Source: a virus
Taxonomy: Duplodnaviria > Caudoviricetes
DNA length: 57,952 nt
Virus record (IMG/VR): IMGVR_UViG_3300046791_000121
Coordinates: 1 to 57,952 of that record
Reading direction: 5' to 3' (one strand)
Position 1 is the stretch's first letter. Each line of letters begins with the position of its first letter. The position numbers were made by a program, and so were the translations under genes. The notes below the pieces were generated by a model. That model did not search any database, was not told the origin of the DNA, and saw only the letters and a list, made by a program, of their open reading frames with translations. Positions 8,714-18,957 of this stretch are shown one piece after another.

Positions 8714-9090
8714 GCCGCGAGCCAGAACACAAACCACAGCAAGCGCCGAGCGACCGACGCCACCTGCTATTCCTGCTGGACAACGACGAGTGTGCATGGG
8801 CGATGCTGGCAACATGGCCCAACGTGAACCGAGAGCGCCTACCGAAGGGGCGCGCGGCGTCGCGCAGGGAACTCGTCGAGCGGTGGTCGGCTCTCGCGGG
8901 CTATCGCGAAGTGGAAGTGAACCGTGCCTACGACAAGCTCTTCGGCAATGGATTCATCGATGACGAGGGCCGTGTGGACGCCGACGCGGAGAGGTACGTC
9001 GAGGCAATGATCGTCGCGAAGCTCCCCCGCGAAGTGCGACCCAAACGAAAACAGCAGTCGGCAGACCGTGAAGTGGAAGGAGCACCATGA
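8710..9090 (+). CDS. Hypothetical protein (possible winged helix)
   Basis: GTG 8710 overlaps upstream TGA; helical, with KLFGNGFI wing-like motif. Confidence 0.6.
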   Translation: MSREPEHKPQQAPSDRRHLLFLLDNDECAWAMLATWPNVNRERLPKGRAASRRELVERWSALAGYREVEVNRAYDKLFGNGFIDDEGRVDADAERYVEAMIVAKLPREVRPKRKQQSADREVEGAP

Positions 9091-9338
9091 CAATCGTTCC
9101 AGACAACAACGCGCCCGTCGAGGTGACGGACGATCTCAGTCAGAAGGAGCGCGACCTCCTGGTGTTCCTGGGCTCATTCAGCGACGAGCACCACTACGCG
9201 CCCTCGCACCTCGAAGCGTCGAGGGCGCTCGGTTGCAGTCCTGCGCTCGTCCGCTTCTACATCAAGCGACTGGTAGCGAAAGGCTACGTGAGGGCGGTTA
9301 GGCACCAGCCACGAACGATCACCGTACTGAAGCGCTAA
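9087..9338 (+). CDS. Stand-alone LexA-type winged-HTH DNA-binding protein
   Basis: LSQKERDLLVFL...YAPS...LGCSPALV...LVAKGYV...PRTITVL matches the LexA N-domain pattern; no S24 peptidase domain. Confidence 0.8.
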   Translation: MTIVPDNNAPVEVTDDLSQKERDLLVFLGSFSDEHHYAPSHLEASRALGCSPALVRFYIKRLVAKGYVRAVRHQPRTITVLKR

Positions 9339-9361
9339 TCACAAGGAATGGTGGCCGAGAC

Positions 9362-10192
9362 ATGCGATACACGGCACGCGCGCGGATGCTGTCGTTCGAC
9401 TTCCTGATCGACGATGTGGTGTACGGACTAAGACCAATGCTAGGGCTCTTGCTGGCAGGCATGATCACGCGCGCAGACAATCTTGGAAGGCTTCCGGGTG
9501 AGCCGTCCGTGCTTTTGGCGTACCTCTTCTATCCGCGAGCACCGCGACCCGATGCTGGAGCGGACGATGTGCGCGATCTGTTGATCACTCTCTCGACACT
9601 GAAGCCAGCGGTGGTCGCGTGGTACTGGGTCGGCAATACGCGATTCGTCGAGTTCGTGCACTGGAAGCGCCACCAACCCGGCCTCCGAGAGCACAACCTT
9701 CGGAGTTCATTCCCCGGCCCAGACGCCGATAGCGCGCGGGCGGTGTTGGTGCCCCACCACGGTACCGAGGCGCTCGACCTAGATTCGCCACCAGAGGGCG
9801 AGAGTTCCCCGCCGCTGGACTTGGGCGCCCTAGTGAAGACCGTGGCGCGCAGCCACTCGATGGACGCCGCGCTTGGGATGTACGACGCGGAGAGGGTTGC
9901 CGAATGGTGCGCCCACTCCGACGCCGTTCGCCAAGCCGCCCCGGCCGATAAGTCCATCCCGCAACAGGTGGGCCACTGGCTCTGGAACAGCGGCGTCGCG
10001 AACATGGACGTTGTGATCGCGATCCTGGACGAGTACGCGAGGCTGAAGCCCGCAAACCCATTCGCATACTTCGCTCCCAGGTCTGTTGCACGCGAGGCGA
10101 TCGTGGCGCGCTTCCACGGCGAGCGCCAGATCGCCGAGCACGCGAAAGAGAAGGCGGAGACCGAGCAGTTCTTGGAGGGTGGCGCAGGGTGA
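9362..10192 (+). CDS. Putative phage replication initiator (replisome-organiser type)
   Basis: N-terminal GMITRADNLGRL...WYWVG...VHWKRHQ pattern typical of phage Rep N-domains. Confidence 0.65.
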   Translation: MRYTARARMLSFDFLIDDVVYGLRPMLGLLLAGMITRADNLGRLPGEPSVLLAYLFYPRAPRPDAGADDVRDLLITLSTLKPAVVAWYWVGNTRFVEFVHWKRHQPGLREHNLRSSFPGPDADSARAVLVPHHGTEALDLDSPPEGESSPPLDLGALVKTVARSHSMDAALGMYDAERVAEWCAHSDAVRQAAPADKSIPQQVGHWLWNSGVANMDVVIAILDEYARLKPANPFAYFAPRSVAREAIVARFHGERQIAEHAKEKAETEQFLEGGAG

Positions 10193-10204
10193 CCCGGAGG
10201 ACGC

Positions 10205-10492
10205 ATGGGCGGGATCGGGTATGGCGGACGACGCGCGAAGGCTGACCTGATACAGAAGGACATCGTTAAGGCGTTGCGCCGCTGCGGAGCGACCGTCGTG
10301 AGCCTGCACCGGCACGGCTGCGGAGTCCCCGACATCCTCGTCGGGTATCGCGGCGTCAACCACTTGCTCGAAATCAAACGCGAAGGCGAGGAGCCGAGCA
10401 AGATGCAAAGCGACTGGGCCGATAGCTGGGGCGGCGCGGCGCAGGTCGTCCACAACGAGACAGAGGCACTTCGAGCGGTGGGGGCCTTGTGA
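10205..10492 (+). CDS. VRR-NUC/PD-(D/E)XK nuclease
   Basis: GVPDILVG...LLEIK...Q..W motif. Confidence 0.85.
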   Translation: MGGIGYGGRRAKADLIQKDIVKALRRCGATVVSLHRHGCGVPDILVGYRGVNHLLEIKREGEEPSKMQSDWADSWGGAAQVVHNETEALRAVGAL

Positions 10493-10683
10493 AGAGCTAC
10501 CACCTGTTCAGGCACGCGCTCATCCAGCGGCAGCTTACCGAGAGCCTGCTTCCGAAGCAGGTGGCCGAGTTGCTTGCCGAAGGAGCGCGCGTCAACACCG
10601 AGTGGACGCTCGAGGTCCGCGGCATGCTCGTAACCGAGATCGAAAACCTATACCGCATGGGCGACACCTGGAGGTCGAAGTGA
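10489..10683 (+). CDS. Hypothetical protein
   Basis: Coupled overlaps with neighbours. Confidence 0.55.
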   Translation: MKSYHLFRHALIQRQLTESLLPKQVAELLAEGARVNTEWTLEVRGMLVTEIENLYRMGDTWRSK

Positions 10684-11018
10684 TCGCAAAGGAAGTGTTG
10701 AGCGAGAAGACCAAGATCAAGTACGAGTTCGGCTACCTGATGGCGTCCGAGATCGCGGTTCACCTCGCGATGGACATGGCAGACGACACTGGAGGCGGAT
10801 CGAACGACCTGGTCGGCGTGATATGCCAGCTTCAGGCCGAGCGCGACTTCGCACTGACAATGCTCAGCGACGCCGTCCCTGGCTTCACGCCGGACCTGGT
10901 CTTTCTCGAACTACTCGACAAGCTCGCCGACGACTACATCGAGAGGTCGGCTGCGAAGAGGCACGAACAAGCCAAGGCGTTCCTGACCTGGATTATGAGC
11001 AGAGGAAAGACTCACTGA
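10680..11018 (+). CDS. Hypothetical protein
   Basis: GTG 10680 after GGAGG. Confidence 0.6.
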   Translation: MIAKEVLSEKTKIKYEFGYLMASEIAVHLAMDMADDTGGGSNDLVGVICQLQAERDFALTMLSDAVPGFTPDLVFLELLDKLADDYIERSAAKRHEQAKAFLTWIMSRGKTH

Positions 11019-11503
11019 TGCGCGCCGTCTCGCTCGAACGCAGGTCGGCAATGCAGCGTCGGGCCGCATTGCGGAGTACCGGGCCGCTTGCTCGAATCTC
11101 TGATAAGGGCCGCGAGGTCGAGCGGCTGTGGCGCCGCTGTCGACTCGTGATCTTCAAGCGCGACGGGTTCAAGTGTCGCAGGTGCGGCGTTGCCGGGGTC
11201 GCACACAGGCGAGACTCATTCGACGATCGGCCGGTGCTGCACGGCGCGCACATTCTGCCGAAGAAGACCTGGGCTGCGATGCGGTTCGAGCCCGACAACA
11301 TCCTAACGATGTGCGGCTGGTGCCACACGGAAGGCCCTGATGCTTGGCACAACCGGCCAGCGCAGGCAGAGGCGTGGGCCAACGAACACCTGGGCGTCGA
11401 GTTCATGGATCGACTACGACAGCTAGCGAGGAGCAGGGTAAAGCTCGACATGGATGACGCGCGAAACTGGCTCGACGCCCTTAATGAACGACTCAAATCA
11501 TAA
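11018..11503 (+). CDS. NinG/HNH-like endonuclease
   Basis: RDGFKCRRCG...HGAHILPK...MRFEPDNILTMCGWCH. Confidence 0.8.
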   Translation: MRAVSLERRSAMQRRAALRSTGPLARISDKGREVERLWRRCRLVIFKRDGFKCRRCGVAGVAHRRDSFDDRPVLHGAHILPKKTWAAMRFEPDNILTMCGWCHTEGPDAWHNRPAQAEAWANEHLGVEFMDRLRQLARSRVKLDMDDARNWLDALNERLKS

Positions 11504-11509
11504 GGAGGG

Positions 11510-11749
11510 GTGATGGTGGACTTCAGCCGCGATGTTAGGAGCAGGTGGATTCCGGAGCACGGAGGTCGTGCTGCCAAGTTCGTCTACGCGCCGCGCCTCT
11601 ACGCGACGACGACGTTCGGCGGCAGGCCCAGGGTCGGGATCGTCGCCCGGCTGGGCATGCTCGCGCTGTACGCGTTCGTCGGCTACCTCGTTGGCTACGC
11701 GCTGTTCTGGGCTTTCGTAGCGGCGCTCATCGCGAGGTATCACCGATGA
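11510..11749 (+). CDS. Small membrane protein
   Basis: TAAGGAGG RBS; C-terminal hydrophobic segment. Confidence 0.6.
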   Translation: MMVDFSRDVRSRWIPEHGGRAAKFVYAPRLYATTTFGGRPRVGIVARLGMLALYAFVGYLVGYALFWAFVAALIARYHR

Positions 11750-12135
11750 CCTACGATGCCGATTCCAAGACGCTCGACATCGGCGCAGGCGTCATCACAT
11801 GCGCGATGTGCGGAATAGTCTTCGCGGTGCCGCACCACTGGGAAGAGAAGCGCCGCGCCGACCACGCCAGATTCTACTGTCCCAACGGTCACGTGCTGGT
11901 GTTCAACGGCAAGACCGACGCCGACAGGTTGCGCGAAGAGTTGAAGTGGGCCAAGGAAGACGCGCGGCGTCAGCGAGACGCCGCGTTGAAGGCCGAGCTT
12001 TCCCTGCGCGGAACACGTGGCGCACTCACCCGCGTAAAGAACCGCGTCAAGAACGGCGTGTGTCCATGCTGCAACCGTAGCTTCCGTGAACTCGAGAGAC
12101 ACATGGCGACTAAACATCCCGAGTGGCAACCGTGA
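11746..12135 (+). CDS. Zn-finger coiled-coil phage protein
   Basis: CAMC...FYCPNGH...GVCPCCNRSF...HMATKH. Confidence 0.8.
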   Translation: MTYDADSKTLDIGAGVITCAMCGIVFAVPHHWEEKRRADHARFYCPNGHVLVFNGKTDADRLREELKWAKEDARRQRDAALKAELSLRGTRGALTRVKNRVKNGVCPCCNRSFRELERHMATKHPEWQP

Positions 12136-15100
12136 CCGACCAGCCCAAGGCGCTCCCGTACTCCGATCAGCACGTTGATTGGCTGGTGTCAGCCGAACCC
12201 GACGATATCTTCAAGTGGCACTCGGTCCGCAACAAGGGGGACGTGGTGCAGTCCATTTCAGCGTGCATTGAGGTCATCCGCGCCGAACGTCTCGCCCGTC
12301 AGAGCGCCGAGCAGAACTACCAGGTCATCCTCGATGCCCAAATGGAGGAGATCAAGCTACGTCAGAGCGCCGAGCGGGAAGCACAGCGGTTTCAGAAACT
12401 AGCGAAGCACACCAGCTTGGACTCGTGCCCGGAGTGGGGGAAGTGTCGCACCGATGCCGAGTTGGCGGGGCTCTTCGAGCACATGGGATACGCCGACGGG
12501 GATTCGGGTTACGTTGACCGCTACTTCTCCTATGGCGAGATGGAACGCATGAGGGCGCTGTTTAGCGCCGAGCGGGAACGGGATGAGGCGATGGGTCTAC
12601 GCGATGCGACCGTGGCGAGGAATGAGGCCATGTACGGCTTGATGAAGAACTACCAAGAACGCGCCGAAGCCGCCGAGGCCACCATCCGGGAACTGAGGGA
12701 GGCGCTGCTACGGTTGGGGTGTGATTGTGGGGCACACGAACACCATCGCCCGCACCACTCGTCTTGTGCCGCTTCCAGTGCTCTCCGCGCTCTCGCCCCA
12801 GACTTGAAGGCCCCGTGATGGGACCAGCAGACGAAACTGACGGATGGGCTGACAAGTGCGAGGCTCTGGCCGCTGAAGTCCAGAAGTTAGACGACATGCT
12901 GGAAGAGCAAGTCGTGGCAGGGTGGCGGCTGGCCTGTCAGGTCCAAGCACAGCGCGAACTCGGCGAGCAATGCATTCGGGAGAAGGATGGTCTGGCCGCT
13001 CAACTGAAGGAACTACAAGAGAAAGCGGACGAGCGGTGGGCGGTTGCTGTTGCAACAGCCGACTCGTTGCGCGCTGAAGTGGTACGCCCCAAGCCTGCCG
13101 AGGGCGAGACGCTAGAGGACACCCATGACTGACCGCCGGAAGCGCGGACAAAGAACCGTGAACGGGCGCCCGCTGAGGAGCGCCAACGCTCGCCTCGTAG
13201 CCGAGCACGACGCCGCACTAACCCGAATCGAGGGGCTCGCCGCCCAGGTGCAGACCCTCCGCACTTCGCTCGCCGAAGTGACGCGGGAGCTTGAAAGCGC
13301 ACCCGGCGGGCTACGGAAGAACATCAAGGCGGCCGCAATCGCTGGGGCACATGCCGCCCTCGCCGCAACGTCAGGAGAGACGCCCCACTCAGAGGAGGTG
13401 ATGCCAGATAGACCCCGAAGAACTGAGGGAGATGTCCCGCGCCCAGAGGAAAGCCGTGGAGCCGGGCTACATGCCGTAGCGGGGGCCGCGCATCCGACTC
13501 ACGCGGAGCCAGTCACCCCCGAGGGGCCAGCACCCACGGAGAGCCCGCGATGATCCGCCGCACAGAGTGGAACACCGGCAAGGAGGTATGGGTCAGGCCA
13601 AGTGCCGTGGTGGCAGTCAGGGACCACAAGAACGGGGGTGGCTCGTTCGAGGTCATCCTAGAGGGCGGGACTCGCCTTCCGCTGTACGGAGACGTCCAAA
13701 AGTTCGTGACCGAGGTGGGCGGGGTCGCCCCAGAGAAGGAGCCGCCCAGGTGAGTGAGCGCCCGCTGCCGAAGCGCATCTACGCCGTGGTCAACTCCTTC
13801 GGTGACGTGGAGGAGGCTTTCAATCTCCGCAAGGACGCCGAGAAGGAGGCCGCCCGGCTCACCATGTTCAACGATGATGAACAGCGGGGCGACTCGTTCC
13901 GCGTGGCTCGCTACGAACTGGCAGCCCCCGGAGAGAAAGGTAGGGAGAGATGAGACTCCGCTGCTGGGTAGTCGTGGACATGGAATATCGCCCGCTTCCG
14001 GTCATCGTCGAGGCGAGCGCCAACAGGGACTGGTGCGTGTCCGACGCCAAAGAGCGTAACGCCCACTACGACAACCGGCACTCCGTGAAGCGCCGTTTCA
14101 AGGTCTACTCCGCCGCAACGGAGGTGACGGTTTGACCCAGCCCAGCGCAACCGACCTCCAGAAAGCCGCTGAGTGGTTGGACGGCCCCGGTGGAGATGCC
14201 TGCCTCGCGAGTGACCAATCGAAGGCTGTCCCACTGCTCGCCGGGCTCATCGCTGAGAGCCGAGAGCAGGGCCGAACCGATGCCATCGAAGAGATCATGC
14301 ACAACCCGCAGACCTCGCCTACGAGCCTCGCCGCGATGCTGGTCCAGCAGGGCCGAGAGCAGGAGAGGGAACGGTGTGCGGACCTCATCCAACTGTGCGC
14401 CTGTCCTGACTGCTACGGGGCCGGGCACACCGAGGCGATGAAGGATTGCCCGACCTGCGAGGGCGTCGGCACGCTGCATCCGTTGCCTGATCTTGTGCTT
14501 CGCATCCGCTCTCTGGGGGACCGATGACTGACCTACGGAAGCCGCGAGTCAGTGACGAGAGGTTGGCCAATATATTCGTCTACATTGACAGCCCGGAACG
14601 CCAAGGATACCCCGTACCAACTGCGGAGTTCGAGCTACTCATGCTCGACCTCCGTGACTCCAGAGCCCGCATCGAGGAGTTGAGCCGCGCCCTCAGAGAG
14701 AACGTGGTTGAGCTTGAGCATTGGGGACGATGCACCGAGGAGTGTGGCGATAACCAAGGCTCTTGCAACTGCGGATTCGAGGCCGCGCTTGAACGCCTTC
14801 GCCGAGTCAGTACCGGGTCAGCGGGCCAGGAGGGGAAGTGAGCCGCGCTGGTAGCGACTCACCGGGCCTCGCAGCGCCTGGGTGGAGCGACCCCGAGGCC
14901 GTTCCCGTCAACGTCACGGCCCTCGTCATCGATGAATCCATTACGGTTCACTTCCACGATGGAAGGACCGTCCTCCTGAATGCCCGTACCCCGACCTACC
15001 CGACCCGCCCGACGACCGAGGAGGAAAGATCACGCACCGGTCTGGCGTGTACGAGGTTCGAGAAGTATCCGGATGACTTCGCTCCGCTCGAAGGGAGGTA

Positions 15101-15530
15101 CTGGTCGTGATCCCCTGGCGCTGGAACTGGGACGAGTGGTGGCTTCAGTGGTGGTGGATATGGCTCGGCAAATGGCCGTTCTAACGCACGTCTTGGAGGC
15201 GATCGAAATACTCGCCGGATGCTGGGTGTTTATCGTCACGGTCCCGATCTGGTCGCGGCTCTTCGACCATTTCATCACAGCGCCAATGGACTTCTTCGAG
15301 CGCCTCGGCCGGAAGTGGTTCGGACCATGAAGTCACTTCGCGACCTGCAGCAGGACGCCGACCTGCGACGCGGCGATCCAGATCACGTCGAGCGCGGGCT
15401 CCGCCGCTGCGTCGAGGAGTATTGGCGCCATCCATCCCCGGCATCACATCGAAGGATTGCCGGCGCTGTTCAGGCCATGATCCTAGCCTGCGGCGGGGCA
15501 TGGAACGGGCATTCCTGGAGGGCTCCATGA
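12132..15530 (+). other. Nin-like cluster of about 11 small, translationally coupled hypothetical ORFs
   Basis: Chain of ORFs ending 12818, 13132, 13553, 13753, 13953, 14135, 14527, 14841, 15110, 15330 and 15530, mostly joined by overlapping stop/start codons; several coiled-coil or Cys-rich. Confidence 0.7.
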
Positions 15531-15853
15531 GCAAGTCGATGGAGATGGAGATGCACATAACGATGCCCGACGGATCCGTGTGGGGCGTCCCGGTAAAAGC
15601 TATCGCCCGCCACCGCGCGGCCTACTACGCTGGAGAGTTCGGCAACGACCTCGAGCGCAGCCTGGAAGAGGATACGTTGCCGATGTTCAATGATATGCCC
15701 TCCGAGATCGCCGACTGGGCCTCCAACAACATGGACTGGAGCGATGTGAGAGTAGTGGCGAGGCTGGTCAGCCCACCCAGGATGAGCGATAGAGATTTCC
15801 AGGAAGGCTGGGTCAACGGCTCCAAGACATTCGCACTACCAACCAAGGCGTAG
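15527..15853 (+). CDS. Conserved-looking phage hypothetical protein
   Basis: ITMPDGSVWGVPV...DWASNNMDWSDV; GGAGG RBS. Confidence 0.7.
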   Translation: MSKSMEMEMHITMPDGSVWGVPVKAIARHRAAYYAGEFGNDLERSLEEDTLPMFNDMPSEIADWASNNMDWSDVRVVARLVSPPRMSDRDFQEGWVNGSKTFALPTKA

Positions 15854-15854
15854 C

Positions 15855-16403
15855 ATGAGCGTGACGTTCCGCCTCACCGACGAAGAGACCCAACAGGCCA
15901 GAGAGATCGCGCGCGGGCGACAGGCCGAGAATGCTCACAACAAACGCACGACGTACAAGGTCGATCCCGGCAAGTCCGATCTCTGCGTCCACGCATGGGG
16001 GGCGTTCGCAGAGGTCGGCGTCGCGAAGGTGGAAGGCTCAGCCATTCGCTGCGTTGTCCATGGCCCCGAGGACGGCTTCATGGAGAACACCGAAGGCCCC
16101 GACGTTGGAGAGTGGGAGATCAAGGCAACCCCACACCGACTCGGGCGTCTGATCGTACCCGCGCACCTGACCCACAAGCACAAGCCACACCAGAAGTATC
16201 TACTCGTTCGCTGTGATCCGCCATACGGCAACATCGTCGGCTGGGCTTACGGCCACGAGTTCATCGAGTGGGACGACTGCCTGATCGGCGAAGGACTCGG
16301 CGCCTCCGAGTTCGACAAGAGGCTGCCGGTACGCGCTTACGTAGCGAGAGAGCTACACGACTTCGAGGCGACCTTCGAAAGACTAGCCAGGGCTGGGATG
16401 TGA
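15855..16403 (+). CDS. Putative PD-(D/E)XK-fold nuclease-like protein
   Basis: GAFAEVGVA...PDVGEWEIKAT...IVGWAYG. Confidence 0.6.
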   Translation: MSVTFRLTDEETQQAREIARGRQAENAHNKRTTYKVDPGKSDLCVHAWGAFAEVGVAKVEGSAIRCVVHGPEDGFMENTEGPDVGEWEIKATPHRLGRLIVPAHLTHKHKPHQKYLLVRCDPPYGNIVGWAYGHEFIEWDDCLIGEGLGASEFDKRLPVRAYVARELHDFEATFERLARAGM

Positions 16404-16499
16404 AATGAGCGGAGGCCATGATGCGCAGGGAGACCCTGTGATGCCGAACTCCTTCCTCGGTGATGAAACAGCCGCCGCTCTTGTAAGTGGAGGTGCCTA

Positions 16500-16748
16500 A
16501 TGCTTCGAGTAACATCGACCGAAGGGTTCCGCGTCCGCAAGGGCATGGTAGTCGTCGGAACCGGAATCCCCGGCCGCGCCGTAGTATCGAAGGTCGCCTC
16601 TCACACCAGCATCGACGTCGGGCTGCCGCCGTGGTGGAAGGTGGGCGCGATCATAGCGATAGGACTGCTCCTGCTGTTCGCGGTGCCCGAAGCCCTGCGC
16701 TGGTTCCTGGCGTGGGTTGTCGAGTGGTGCCTGCGACTCTCCTCTTGA
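16500..16748 (+). CDS. Small membrane protein
   Basis: GGAGG RBS; hydrophobic IIAIGLLLLFAV. Confidence 0.55.
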   Translation: MLRVTSTEGFRVRKGMVVVGTGIPGRAVVSKVASHTSIDVGLPPWWKVGAIIAIGLLLLFAVPEALRWFLAWVVEWCLRLSS

Positions 16749-16778
16749 GGAAACCCAGGCCGAGAGTAAGATGCCGAC
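16745..16778 (+). promoter_or_regulatory. Candidate leaderless promoter for TerS
   Basis: TTGAGG-16 nt-TAAGAT, 6 nt before GTG 16779; no SD sequence. Confidence 0.45.
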
Positions 16779-17231
16779 GTGATCAGACCTAAAACCCAGG
16801 CACAGATCAACGCCGCACGCGAGAACGGAAAGAAAGGCGGGCGGCCGCGTGGTAGCGGTTCCAAGACCGGCGTCCGCGCCATCAACCGCCTAAAGGACGA
16901 GGCGCGCAACGAGATACGGGCAGAAGGCGGTGAATGGGACGTCGTCGCGGCGCGCAGGCTGCGAGACAAGATCAGGGAGTTCCTGGAATACGAGATGGAC
17001 AATTCCCGCAACACGATGAAGGACAGGATTCTAGCCGCAGGCAACCTGGACAAGATCGTGGTCGACATGGAAGACCGCCAAGGATCCCCGAGGCAGCAAG
17101 CTGTGGCCATGAACCTGAAGTCAGATGACCCGCCCAAGCTCGTAGACCTGACCTACGCCGAGAGCCCGCCGCCGAGCGCGCCGCCAGCCGAGCCGCCCAT
17201 CGAAGGAAACGGATCGGGCCACCTGAACTAG
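16779..17231 (+). CDS. Probable terminase small subunit
   Basis: ENGKKGGRPRGS motif, helical core, position just upstream of TerL. Confidence 0.65.
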   Translation: MIRPKTQAQINAARENGKKGGRPRGSGSKTGVRAINRLKDEARNEIRAEGGEWDVVAARRLRDKIREFLEYEMDNSRNTMKDRILAAGNLDKIVVDMEDRQGSPRQQAVAMNLKSDDPPKLVDLTYAESPPPSAPPAEPPIEGNGSGHLN

Positions 17232-17401
17232 CTCGAGGTGCCAGATGCCTGAAATGACTCACGTTGTAGCGAGGGGCTCACACTACCGCATCGGCGAGTC
17301 CTGGCGGACGTGGAGAACGCGCGATGTGGAGAGGCTGGGCCCCTCGGACTTTCGGCCTTGCTCACGAATAACCCAACCGAATCGCTAACCATCGAGGAGC
17401 C

Positions 17402-17512
17402 TTGCTCGACTTCTACTGCCTGATCGTGAGTCTGATCGGCATGTGGTACTGCGGCTTCCAGGCCGGGATCGCGATCGAGAAGAGGCGTGCGAAGAAGAAG
17501 GCGCGGGCGTGA
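17402..17512 (+). CDS. 36-aa single-pass membrane peptide coupled to TerL
   Basis: TTG start after GAGGAG; hydrophobic core then RRAKKKARA; TGA overlaps TerL GTG. Confidence 0.45.
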   Translation: MLDFYCLIVSLIGMWYCGFQAGIAIEKRRAKKKARA

Positions 17513-18957
17513 CGGTCGAGGTACTCGATCCCCAACTCGCGCCGCCCGGCGCCTACTTCAAGGGCGGCAGTTGGGCGCAGTGCCAGGCGATCCTGAGCCG
17601 CGCACCCGAGGTGCTGTACTCGGGGCGCTACGGTAGCTCCAAGAGCCGGACGCTTACCGAGTCCGGGGACATCTACTGCCGCCTCTTCGACGACGCCCGC
17701 GTAATCATGGCGCGCAAGCGCCGCGTGGACCTAGGGCTGACGACGCTTCGGATTCTCCTGGAGCAAACGATCAGCCCCTCGCATGCAGCCGTCGGATGGC
17801 AGAAGTCTGCCGAAGGTGGCAGCACGCTGCACTATCCGAACGGCTCCCAGATCATCTGCGTAGGATTGGACGAGCCGTTCAAGCTCAAGTCCGGTGAGTT
17901 CGACCTGATTCTCGTAGACCAGTGCGAAGAGATCGAGGAGGACGAGTGGCTCGCCGCGGCCGGGCGGTTACGCAACAAGGCGGGCGACTATCAGTCGATC
18001 AAGGGTGCGTGTAACCCCGACTCGCCGTCGCACTGGCTGTTCAGGAAGTTCAATCCAACGTACTCGCACAAGACCTACAGCAACGAGGACCTGAAGCTCC
18101 CCAACGGCGTGGTCGTCCCGAAGGGCACGCTCGTGTCCGAGACTATCCTGGCTGGTCCGCTCGACAACATGGAGAACCTGTCAAACGCCTACCTCGCCAG
18201 GCTGGCCAGGTTCAAGGGCCGCTATCACGCGCGCTACGTTCTGGGCCAGTGGACGAGCTACGAAGGCATCGTCTTCGGAGATGTGTGGAATCCGAACGTG
18301 CATTGTCCGCCACGTCCGCCAGAGTGGGAGCGATGGGGAGGCTATCCGCCACACAACTGGCCGCGCTTCCGGAGCTTCGACTTCGGATTCAATAATCCTT
18401 TCGTCTGCCAGTGGTGGGCGCGCGATCACGACAATGTGTTCTGGCGCTACCGGGAGATGTACATGAGCCACCGGACGGTGCCGGATCACAAAGCCAAGAT
18501 CAGGGCCGAGGAAGAAAAAGAACTGGCCGTCCTGGTTGCCGCCTGCGAGCGCGAGGCGATCGCTCCGCCGCTACGACTCCCATTCTCGTACTCGGTCGCC
18601 GACCATGACCTGGGCGAGCGCGAGATACTCGCTCAGTCGCCGCACCGGATCATCACCTATCCCGCGCGGAAAGAGATCGAGAGCGCGGTTCAGACGGTGT
18701 ACGATCTGCTCTCGGAGGGACGCATTCGGCTGGTCCAAGGCGCGCTCGTAGAGCAGGACCAATCGCTGCTGCATGACGACAAGCCGACCTGCACGGAGGA
18801 GGAGATGCCGCAACTCCACTACCCGACCACGCAGCACACGTCACTCGTCACGCGCCAGCGCGAAGGACCCGTGAAAGAGAACGATCACGGCTTCGATGCG
18901 CTCGCGTACCTGTTCGACACCTTGAAGAACAAGAACCGACCGTCGGTGGCGCGATGA
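17509..18957 (+). CDS. terL: Terminase large subunit (PBSX/Terminase_3-like)
   Basis: Walker A YSGRYGSSKS, Walker B LILVDQCEE, GACNPD, RNase H-fold SFDFGFNNPF and DHGFDALAY. Confidence 0.93.
   Translation: MTVEVLDPQLAPPGAYFKGGSWAQCQAILSRAPEVLYSGRYGSSKSRTLTESGDIYCRLFDDARVIMARKRRVDLGLTTLRILLEQTISPSHAAVGWQKSAEGGSTLHYPNGSQIICVGLDEPFKLKSGEFDLILVDQCEEIEEDEWLAAAGRLRNKAGDYQSIKGACNPDSPSHWLFRKFNPTYSHKTYSNEDLKLPNGVVVPKGTLVSETILAGPLDNMENLSNAYLARLARFKGRYHARYVLGQWTSYEGIVFGDVWNPNVHCPPRPPEWERWGGYPPHNWPRFRSFDFGFNNPFVCQWWARDHDNVFWRYREMYMSHRTVPDHKAKIRAEEEKELAVLVAACEREAIAPPLRLPFSYSVADHDLGEREILAQSPHRIITYPARKEIESAVQTVYDLLSEGRIRLVQGALVEQDQSLLHDDKPTCTEEEMPQLHYPTTQHTSLVTRQREGPVKENDHGFDALAYLFDTLKNKNRPSVAR

Noticed and set aside
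17232-17400. tRNA or ncRNA in the TerS-TerL gap
   Set aside because: No cloverleaf or T-loop motif seen; the space is explained by a 47-codon ORF and a 36-aa membrane peptide
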